Shown here one piece after another: positions 22,461-32,207 of a stretch of DNA of 64,000 bases. The stretch covers positions 35,702 to 99,701 of the forward strand of contig NIVC01003400.1 in NCBI GenBank assembly GCA_002269645.1. The letters are read 5' to 3'. Both the position numbers and the translations under genes were made by a program. This DNA comes from Macrostomum lignano (lineage: Eukaryota). The notes beneath the pieces are model-generated. The model did not search any database and was not told the DNA's origin. It saw only the letters and a program-made list of their open reading frames with translations. Position 1 is the stretch's first letter. Each line of letters opens with the position of its first letter.

Positions 22461-23631
22461 GCAAGGACCACTTCTTGTTTAAAAATGCGTCTTATATTTG
22501 TTACTGCTGTTACTAGTCTGAATACTGACTTAAGCTTATCACTCATGCCTATACCAGAGCTGGCTTTTTTCGCTCAGTCTACAGCTTTAATTATTAATAA
22601 TTTGAATTTCTGTACCCCCCTCTGCATTGTCTAGTCACATTAGTCTGAGTTGTAGCTTTTCTAGTTAATCATCAGTGTATTAACAATACACTTGTTTTTA
22701 CTGCAGTTAAAGTTCTATTAAGCAATTATGAGTGTATACATGTGTGTATTATATATTGGCATTTGTTGTTACTTGCATATTGCTGAATTTGACTGTTCGA
22801 GAAATATATACTAAGTAACCGTATAAGCTGGCTTTGTATATATTGTTGACTACTATTGCGTTTTATTCTCTTTATTCTGTACGGCATGAATTATGAGCTA
22901 ACTTAATTCATGCTTTTAGGTATTTATGTACTAGGTTAATAATCAATAGTCATTAGCTGTTAAGAACTTTACCGTGACAAAAATCGCTAAATATTGTCTG
23001 CAAACAACTCAGTAATGACTCTAGCGACTCTGGGGTGACTCCTTTGACTGTAATGCACACTGTTGAGTCACAAGCGCATCACTTGAGTTGTAGAATCGTA
23101 GAGTCGTCCAAGAGTCGTTGTGTTAGCGCTTAACTGTCTACTAACTCAAGTAGACTAAATAGAGTTGTAATAAGTGCGGAATGCGATTCTGATTCATGAA
23201 GTGAACTCGGTGATTCTACAGCGACTCTAGCACGTCTCAGATAAGACTCTACGGCCGCAGAGTCACTTGCGTCTCTTCAGAGTCGCAGATAATAAAACGT
23301 CCCGTCGTTTTAGAGTCGTCTAGAGTCACTTCTTGTCCTATTTTACCTGTGTTACCTTCAACGACACTGGGTCTCGACGCAATTGAATCTAGGAGGCTTC
23401 CTGGCCTAAGTACCAGAATATATCGATGAATCAAAGAATAGGGCTTAACTATATATTTTCTTAAATTCTATTGCCAATTGGAAATGGAAAATTCTGAGCT
23501 CATTTTTTGCGTACTTTTGCTCCCCGAAGGGGGGGCAGACTTGCTAGTCTAATATACTAAAAATGAAAATCTTGAATTCAATACAAAGCATTCATAATTT
23601 GTTGCTTTTTCATGCTGTAAAACTCCCAGCC

Positions 23632-23997
23632 ATGCCTAGCGAGGACAGCCCCGCCCCAGTGTCCTCTGTCGGGCCGGAAGTGGACGCTCTATCAATGAAA
23701 GCGGCCCTATCTAGCGCGCCTACAACCGGACACTATATGGCCGGCATGACAGCTGTGGCCTGGCTGTGCCGCAATGCTTATTTAAAAGCGCCCTGGTTCT
23801 ACCAGCTGCCGCAGGGTCTGGTTGGCACAGCCGCTGTGTTTACCGCCGGCTATTTGCTAGACGTGTACTGGAATAATGAGCTCAAAATGCGAGCCGCCTA
23901 CGTGGCCGACTTCAAGCGAACTCACCCGGAGCTTTACCCGGAGACCAGGCGGCTGCGCTGGGGCGAGGTGCTCGATCCTTGGGTGCCGAAGCGTTAA
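23632..23997 (+). CDS. NDUFC2: NADH dehydrogenase (ubiquinone) 1 subunit C2 / B14.5b, 121 aa, intronless
   Basis: Two hydrophobic segments, then AGYLLDVY...AAYVADFKRTHPELYPETRRLRWGEVLDPWVPKR, matching the family tail (GY..; HPEdF...kktygEvl..w.PvR). ATG at 23632 in context cagccATG. Confidence 0.8.
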   Translation: MPSEDSPAPVSSVGPEVDALSMKAALSSAPTTGHYMAGMTAVAWLCRNAYLKAPWFYQLPQGLVGTAAVFTAGYLLDVYWNNELKMRAAYVADFKRTHPELYPETRRLRWGEVLDPWVPKR

Positions 23998-24347
23998 TTA
24001 ACCTAATGCTTGAGTAGGAGGGAGCAAGGCAGATTTTTGAATGCTCTCTGTTCTATTTTTAGAAAATGTCATCATCCTATTCAATACATCTTAGTATATA
24101 GGTTTAAAAGTGTGTAGCGTCCCTTAGATTAGATGGGCTCTTTAGTTCCCGTAGTGACAGTGGAATAATAGGCCATGCCTAGTGTATATTCAAAACTGCT
24201 ATTTAGCTAATATAAATCAACTTGTTATGCTCTTTTTCAAATGCCTGGACGAACTGGCTAAAAAGTTTGTTTTGGTTGACTTGTCCACTCTATTTTCTAT
24301 CTTACTTTTGTTTAGTATGTGCTTGAACCTAGCGTTGTCATGTTTGC

Positions 24348-24905
24348 AGGAATGTAGAGAGAATAGATGTCAGAGACAGGAATGTGGGAGAGAATAGATG
24401 TCAGAGACAGGAATGTGGGAGAGAATAGATGTCAGAGACAGGAATGTGGGAGAGAATAGATGTCAGAGACAGGAATATGGGAGAGAATAGATGTCAGAGA
24501 CAGGAATATGGGAGAGAATAGATGTCAGGGACAGGAATGGGGGAGAGAATAGATGTCAGAGACAGGAATATGGGAGAGAATAGATGTCAGAGACAGGAAT
24601 ATGGGAGTGAATAGATGTCAGAGACAGGAATAGGGGAGAGAATAGATGTCAGAGACAGGAATGTGGGAGAGAATAGATGTCAGAGACAGGAATGTGGGAG
24701 AGAATAGATGTCAGAGACAAAAATATGGGAGAGAATAGATGTCAGGGACAGGAATGGGGGAGAGAATAGATGTCAGAGACAGGAATATGGGAGAGAATAG
24801 ATGTCAGAGACAGAAATATGGGAGTGAATAGATGTCAGAGACAGGAATAGGGGAGAGAATAGATGTCAGAGACAGGAATGTGGGAGAGAATAGATGTCAG
24901 AGACT
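24348..24905. repeat. 31-bp purine-rich minisatellite between NDUFC2 and cystatin
   Basis: Unit gaatagatgtcagagacaggaatgtgggaga, about 18 copies. Confidence 0.95.
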
Positions 24906-24988
24906 AATAGTAGTGTATATGAGAAAAGTTTCACAACTCTCCCGTTTATTATATTTTCATGCTTGCAACTTGCTCTCACAAATCAGCC

Positions 24989-25387
24989 ATGCAGGTTAGC
25001 AACAAGCTCGGTGCACTGCTAACAGCTGTAACTGTCGCAGTGCTTGTTTCCAGCTGCCTAGCCAATGCCCACAACGCCATCCTCGGCGGCTGGAGCCAGA
25101 TGAAGCAGTCTGATATGGATAGCGACGTATTTCGCGAGTGCCTGGATGCAGCTGCCGCTGAGTACAACGCCCGGCTAGCTTCATCTGATGGAGATTCCAG
25201 TGTGAAAGCTACCGTAGGCCGAGTGAGCCAGGCCCAGCAGCAGGTGGTGTCTGGAATGAAGTACAAATTTAAGGCTAGTATGACTGTGCCCGGCTGCGAC
25301 TCCTGCGAGGACAAGAGCTGCGAATTTGTAGTCTGGTATCGCGCCTGGATGCCGGAGCGAGCCAAGGTGCTTAGCGTGAATTGTTAA
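24989..25387 (+). CDS. Secreted cystatin (type 2-like), 132 aa, intronless
   Basis: Signal peptide, N-terminal LGGW, QVVSG (QxVxG) loop, C-terminal VWYRAW (PW-loop variant), four Cys in the C-terminal part. Confidence 0.88.
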   Translation: MQVSNKLGALLTAVTVAVLVSSCLANAHNAILGGWSQMKQSDMDSDVFRECLDAAAAEYNARLASSDGDSSVKATVGRVSQAQQQVVSGMKYKFKASMTVPGCDSCEDKSCEFVVWYRAWMPERAKVLSVNC

Positions 25388-27175
25388 AGCCTTGGTTTTA
25401 ACCACAGATACTAGAATAACTGGATGGGCCGCTCAGCACATTTGCGTGTGAGCTGCTTTCAGTTCAGTAGTAGCTTAAACTGAAGCATTTTAATGTATTT
25501 TTAAAGCCAAGGCCCATTTATTGGCTCTCACCCTCCCCCCCAGCTTAAACCTTGCAACCGCGCCTTTCCACACTACCCCCCGCCCCACCCCAATTTTTAT
25601 TGCCTTTCTCGGAATTCCAGCCTAAAGCTGCCATGTACATTTCAGTGGACTGGCTAATGTACATTACTGAACCAATTAGCAAGTTGTTTACGCCTGCAAG
25701 CTTGGGCTTCTAAACTTATCAAAGACATTTTAGCTGATTTTATTTATATAAAATAGCTTATATATTCTTCTTTGCTACTGAACTGAAAGTGGCTTGCACG
25801 CGGGTGTGCTGAGTGGCCCATGCAGTTGTTCTGGTATCTGTTGGTTTCAACTTTGGGAAGCTGCAAGTTTGACAGTCGGTCAAATTGTTTAGTTTATGAT
25901 CGAATCTCAGGCTAGATAAGCCACTGATAGGTGATAAAGCACAGCTCTCGGCCATAAACAATAAAGCCATCAAACCGACCGCTCGCAATTTTAAGCTGCC
26001 ACTCTCCCACAGGCCAAAGCCAACTGACTAAGGCTCTGCTCTCTGGTTAAAAAAACAAGCAAAGTAGAGAATTTCAAAACATATTTATGAAAGGCAGACA
26101 ATTTGATTTTACCTGTGTCTAAATAAAGACAAAAGTAAGTATATAATCGGATAAAATTTCGGTTTAAAGAGTCTGTTTATATGCACATAGACGTCAAAAT
26201 ATTCTAGAATATTCTACACCTTTTCACGTTCAATTTTGATCAAAGTGCAGTTCTAAAAAAACTAGCGGAAATTCAATTCAGACGATTCAGACTGGGTACA
26301 ATTTTGTCTATGGCTAAACCTTGCCTTGGTGGCAGAATGTTTTGAACTGAGGTTTGTTTCTATTGATTTTCCGTAAGCGTTGCCCCAGTCTGAATTGTCT
26401 GAATTCGATGTTGTCTGCGAGATAGATAGTAAGTCTGGAAGTCTCTCAATTCAGTGGATAATTAGGCATGGGTTTCGACCATAGACTAAAGCTTCTCTCT
26501 GACTAGCTCTTAAGCTTGGCATCTATTTGAGCGCAAACTGCTCAAAGTCGCATTATTGAGCTCCTATTGTTAAGTGGTTATGGCTATTAAGCTTAATGTA
26601 TATTCCGCTCCACATGTAGTTTATTTTCTTCTTAGCAGCTAATCTTGTCTGCTAAGGACTTCTAAATTTGTATTTTTCGTTCTTTTATACTCCAGAATAC
26701 TACTTAGTAAGTAGTTTAAACTTCGCACTTGATAAAATATACTTAAGGCAGTGATGTTTGATACTGTTTTGGGTGTTGGGACTTTTCTGTTTTGATCCGT
26801 TTGTTGGATGAAAATTTCATGCATGTAAAAAATGGTGAAGGTCCATGGCCATCAGTCATTCGCCACAGGTTATTTTTGCATATATATTTGTATATTTTAC
26901 CTCATCTAAATTCGATATATTGTTTCATTGCTGGTTCGATAATTATTTTTGAAATACTTTAACTTTGCTATCACACGCGCGGCCATATTAAACAGTTATT
27001 GCCGCGACCGAATTCTGTTTATTTTGTCATCCCTGTCTTAAAAATGCCCAGAAAGTTTGAATTTTCAGACTTCTCAATACACTTTGTTGAAGCTTCTGTG
27101 CGCTTAGATTTGCTCCTTCTTTACGGGCATGCAGACTACTCGCTTTTTTTAAATTGGTTAGAATATGATGTAATA

Positions 27176-27202
27176 AATAGATTGGTAGATTGGTAGACAG
27201 AC

Positions 27203-27258
<56 letters not shown>

Positions 27259-27259
27259 T

Positions 27260-27310
<51 letters not shown>

Positions 27311-27311
27311 T

Positions 27312-27365
<54 letters not shown>

Positions 27366-27382
27366 AAAAAGATAGATAGATT

Positions 27383-27424
<42 letters not shown>

Positions 27425-27426
27425 AA

Positions 27427-27487
<61 letters not shown>

Positions 27488-27489
27488 AA

Positions 27490-27538
<49 letters not shown>

Positions 27539-27571
27539 AAAAAGATAGATAGATTGATAGATAGATAGATA

Positions 27572-27606
<35 letters not shown>

Positions 27607-27654
27607 AGACCGACAGACCGACAGATAGACAGGCAGGCAGGCAGGCAGGCAGGC

Positions 27655-27723
<69 letters not shown>

Positions 27724-27757
27724 GGCAGGCAGACAGACAGGCAGGCAGGCAGGCAGG

Positions 27758-27809
<52 letters not shown>

Positions 27810-27812
27810 TAA
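27176..27812. repeat. Compound tetranucleotide microsatellite (GATA)n-(GATT)n-(GACA/GGCA)n
   Basis: Direct reading; source of the IYLS/VCLS pseudo-ORFs. Confidence 0.98.
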
Positions 27813-27862
27813 GTAAGCCGCTTGTGCCCACCACCGCAGCCAATCGCTGAGCCCGGACAGAG

Positions 27863-28090
27863 ATGGCCCGCGGTCACCAGAAGATCCAGTCGCAGCAGAA
27901 AAACGCTGAGAAGAAAGCCGCAATGAAAAAGTCGCAAGGCTCTGACCAGAAGAAGGCAGCTCAGAAAGCTCTGGTGTACACCTGCACCGTGTGCAAGGCT
28001 CAGATCGGGGACATCAAGACCTACAAGATGCACTTCGAGGCCAAGCACCCCAAGATGGAGCTGCCAGCCGACCTCAAAGATGTGGAGTGA
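27863..28090 (+). CDS. ZNF706: ZNF706 homolog (4F5-like N-terminus + C2H2 finger), copy 1, 75 aa
   Basis: MARGHQKIQSQQKNA...ALVYTCTVCKAQIGDIKTYKMHFEAKHPK matches the ZNF706 pattern MARGxQKIQSQQKNA..YTCTVC..HFEsKHPK. Confidence 0.95.
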   Translation: MARGHQKIQSQQKNAEKKAAMKKSQGSDQKKAAQKALVYTCTVCKAQIGDIKTYKMHFEAKHPKMELPADLKDVE

Positions 28091-28570
28091 GAGGCTTGGA
28101 AATTTTGTCGGGCTATCGGGAGGTCCGAGTGACTGAGTCCGGTTATCCAGACATTGCCGTCTATATAGTGTACTTCTGTGATCCATTACTAGAGGCCGAT
28201 TATATTTTCCTATAAAAACTTTGAGCCCTAGGTATTGAAAAATTAAAGCAGCCAGAATTACCGCTTTGTGGGCCATTTATCCTATACTTTTAAACACATT
28301 CGTTGGAGTTTACTTGTTTTTTTTCATTGCGAGTAAGTAGTTAACGCTTGTCAACTAAGGCAGGAGAAGCAAAAATAAGCCACTGCCTCAAAATTTCTGC
28401 TTTAAATTGTCCGGATAAAATCTTTTTTTATCTAAATATACGACGAACTTAATAGCATCATTCTGGTGCTTTCCTAACAGTTTTTTTTGCCTGGCTGATT
28501 GATGCTATTTCTTTAATAAATTTTATTCAACTAGCTCTAATACCAATTCAGATGGATGTTGTGTCATTTC

Positions 28571-29030
28571 AGAGCTCTGGTTGGCTATCCACTACCTTCC
28601 CAAGATATAAGAGCGGCGGAGAGCTCTTTGGCTATCCACTCCCAACCCAAGATATGAGAGCGGCGGAGAGCTCTAATTGGCTATCCACTCCCTCTCCAAG
28701 ATATGAGAGCGGCGAAGAGCTCTGATTGGCTATCCACTCCCTCTCCAAGATATGAGAGCGGCGGAGAGCTCTGATTGGCTATCCACTCCCTCCCCAAGAT
28801 ATGAGAGCGGCGGAGAGCTCTGATTGGCTATCCACTCCCTCTCCAAGATATGAGAGCGGCGGAGAGCTCTGATTGGCTATCCACTCCCTCCCCAAAATAT
28901 GAGAGCGGCGAAGAGCTCTGATTGGCTATCCACTCCCTCTCCAAGATATGAGAGCGGCGGAGAGCTCTGATTGGCTATCCACTCCCTCCCCAAGATATGA
29001 GAGCGGCGGAGAGCTCTGATTGGCTATCAC
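28571..29030. repeat. 49-bp minisatellite carrying an inverted CCAAT box per unit, abutting ZNF706 copy 2
   Basis: Unit gagctctgattggctatccactccctctccaagatatgagagcggcgga. Ten ttggctat occurrences from 28581 to 29020. Confidence 0.95.
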
Positions 29031-29070
29031 ACGTTGCCCTCCCGCAGCCAATCGCTGAGCCCGGACAGAG

Positions 29071-29298
29071 ATGGCCCGCGGTCACCAGAAGATCCAGTCG
29101 CAGCAGAAAAACGCTGAGAAGAAAGCCGCAATGAAAAAGTCGCAAGGCTCTGACCAGAAAAAAGCAGCTCAGAAAGCTCTGGTGTACATCTGCACCGTGT
29201 GCAAGGCTCAGATCGGGGACATCAAGACCTACAAGATGCACTTCGAGGCCAAGCACCCCAAGATGGAGCTGCCAGCCGACCTCAAGGATGTGGAGTGA
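29071..29298 (+). CDS. ZNF706: ZNF706 homolog, copy 2, 75 aa (YIC instead of YTC)
   Basis: Differs from copy 1 at 4 nt (3 synonymous, 1 Thr>Ile). Confidence 0.95.
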   Translation: MARGHQKIQSQQKNAEKKAAMKKSQGSDQKKAAQKALVYICTVCKAQIGDIKTYKMHFEAKHPKMELPADLKDVE

Positions 29299-30324
29299 AT
29301 GACGGAATTTTGTTATGTAATAATAAACAGCCAACATTACCTGCCGCTCTGTTAATTTGTACTGATAAGCATCAGGGGTTTATTTTATTCGGTTTGCTTA
29401 TAGACCGGCGATCTTTAACGTAGTGTTCTGTTACTGCGTTTCTATACAGTGCTGCGTATGTACGGGCTGTTTTAACTACACTGTATGCTTGCTAAAGGAG
29501 CTTAAATTGTGCGCTTTGTTATACCTAAGCTAATGCGTCTGATATATAATAATCTTTTGTTTCTTGTTTGATCGGCCAGAATTATAAGCCAGAATTTTGC
29601 TTGCGCTACTTATAGTAGCTAAATAAAAATTGCGTTATTCTGCTGAAGTAATGTTGAAGTAGGCCACAGAAAAATGCGGTAAATATACTTTATTACAGTA
29701 TCTAATTCATAATGCCTTTATCTTCAATTTGGTTGCTTTATTATTTAAAAAAGGCTTTGATCTGATAAAAATAACACAAAAAGAGACCTCGCAATAGCTG
29801 GGGCATCGATAAAGTAGGGGGGGGGATTTCAATTAAAAGCAGCAATACAATTATTTAACAAATTGTTTTGTATGATAATCCGCATACGTTGCTGCCTAAA
29901 ATAATTTAAGCGTTGAAAATGATAAATAAACTAGTTAAATAGATTCATATATGCGAGTTTAGGACAAGTTTTTTGAACTTGCAAACATAAATTACTGCAG
30001 TAGAATGACGCTGCATCCGATTTTTCTTAAAAACCAGCTGGAGGCGCGTGGCGCTAAAGGAGGTTTTGCCATAGACAACTTCGGTGGAGAAAAATCCTAT
30101 TAAAATGCCGTTATTTACCGGCCTCCAGTTTTTTTCTTAGCAAATCCAGTTCAACATCTTGCTAATTCAATTGCACCTGCTTGTAGATTGGTTAATAAAA
30201 TAACAAATATCCTCTTGTCAGGTTCTTGTTATATTGTCAAAGCACTAGATAAATGAGATCATAAAGTTATAACTCTCAGCAACATGTTCGAATTCCAACC
30301 ACTGATAAACCTTTGTCAGATCGG

Positions 30325-31200
30325 AGCTTTCATATCTCCGAAGCTTCATGTCTCTGTAAGGGTTAAAAGTTATGCTTAGGGTTAGGTTTAGGGTTTGTCG
30401 GAGATATGAAGTGTCTGGGATATGTTGTGTCGGAGAGATGAAGTGTCGGGTGTGAAGTCTCGGGGATATGAAGTGTCCGGGACATAAAGTGTCGGGGATA
30501 TGAAGTGTCCGGAATATAAAGTGTCCGGAATATGAAGTGTCGGCGATATGAAGTGTCGGAGAGATGAAGTGTCGGCGATATGAAGTGTCGGAGAGATGAA
30601 GTGTCCGGGATATGAAGTGTCGGAGATATGAAGTGTCGGCGATATGAAGTGTCGGAGAGATAAAGTGTCCGGGATATGTTGTGTCGGAGAGATGAAGTGT
30701 CTGGGATATGTTGTGTCGGAGAGATGAAGTGTCCGGGATATGTTGTGTCCGAGAGATGAAGTGTCCGGGATATGAAGTGTCGGAGAGATGAAGTGTCCGG
30801 GATATGAAGTGTCGGGTGTGAAGTCTCGGGGATATGAAGAGTCCGGGATATAAAGTGTAGGGGATATGAAGTGTCGGGGATATGAAGTGTCTGGAATATA
30901 AAGTGTCCGGAATATGAAGTGTCGGCGATATGAAGTGTCGGAGAGATGAAGTGTCGGCGATATGAAGTGTCGGAGAGATGAAGTGTCCGGAATATGAAGT
31001 GTCGGGTATGTGAAGTGTCCGGAATATGAAGTGTCGGAGATATGAAGTGTCTGGAATATAAAGTGTCCGGAATATGAAGTGTCGGCGATATGAAGTGTCG
31101 GAGAGATGAAGTGTCGGCGATATGAAGTGTCGGAGAGATGAAGTGTCCGGAATATGAAGTGTCGGGTATGTGAAGTGTCAGCGATATGAAGTATCGGAGA
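30325..31200. repeat. Complex ~17-19-bp satellite (gatatgaagtgtcgg) with inverted units and a telomere-like spacer at the left end; probably a non-autonomous element
   Basis: More than 40 atgaagtgtc cores. Inverted ttcatatctccg/cttcatgtctc at 30329-30355, then ttagggttaggtttaggg at ~30376-30393. Confidence 0.85.
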
Positions 31201-31703
31201 TGCAATTTTTTGGCCACTGGTTTTGATGGGGCGGAAACCTTAATGTGTTGCTGAGAGTACTTGTAGTACTTTTGTAGTAACGATGTACTCAATAGAAACA
31301 GGACAGGCACACAATTGCAATGAGAGCAATATAATCTGTTTCTCATTGGCTCGAGGGCGGAGGAGGAGGCGCTAGCTATTCATGAATTATCGGAGTTCCA
31401 CGGCTATACATGAACACGGATCTACAATAGTCATACTGAAAGATATGATATCGTGCGCATGCAATCCAGCAATGCTGTACGTGGGCATGGACTTATGAGA
31501 GGCAATTTTGTTACGCAATTGCACGTTTAAAATTTCGATATTTGCTAAAAATATATCGCTCAAATCCTCAAAAGCATGGTGATCTATAACCTTTAAACTT
31601 GTAATCTTGAGCCAAAAATTTTGTAGATTTCATTTGAGGGATCGCCAAAGCTACTTCAAGGGGTGGCGCATATACAGGTACGTATACTTTTGTCAAGTCA
31701 AGA

Positions 31704-32022
31704 AGCGGCGTAAGGGCTAGGGTAGGGCTAAGGGTTAGGGCTGGGGCTAGGGCTGGGACTAGGGTAGGGCTAAGGGTCAGGGCTGGGGCTAGGGTAGGGC
31801 TAAGGGTTAGGGCTGGGGCTAGGGTAGGGCTAAGGGTTAGGACTGGGACTAGGGTAGGGCTAAGGGTTAGGGCTGGGGCTAGGGTAGGGCTGGGGTTAGG
31901 GTAGGGTAGGGCTGGGGCTGGTAGGGTTAGGGCTGGGGTTAGGGTAGGGTTAGGGCTGGGGCTAGGGTAGGATTAGGGCTGGGGTTAGGGTAGGGTTAAG
32001 GCCGGGGCTAGGGTGGGGCTAG
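31704..32022 (+). repeat. Degenerate telomere-like hexamer array (GGGTTA/GGGCTA/GGGTAG/GGGGCT)
   Basis: About 50 G3-containing hexamers on the + strand. Confidence 0.9.
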
Positions 32023-32207
32023 GTTTCGGGCTCTTATCTAATCTGTCTATCGTTTGTTTTAACTGGAACCAGCAGAAACAATTGTACCAATCAGTTAAGT
32101 ATTTGGTATCCGAGATGGGGGTATGTTTTTGATCGCCAATTAATGTCCTAGATGACACAAAATGCCCTCGCGAGCTCATGTACATGTACACATGCAAGAT
32201 GCTGCAG

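Noticed and set aside
25758-26560. Signal-peptide-like ORF and exon-like segment on the minus strand
   Set aside because: The ORF begins at TTG, there is no recognisable domain, and no consistent splice chain could be built.
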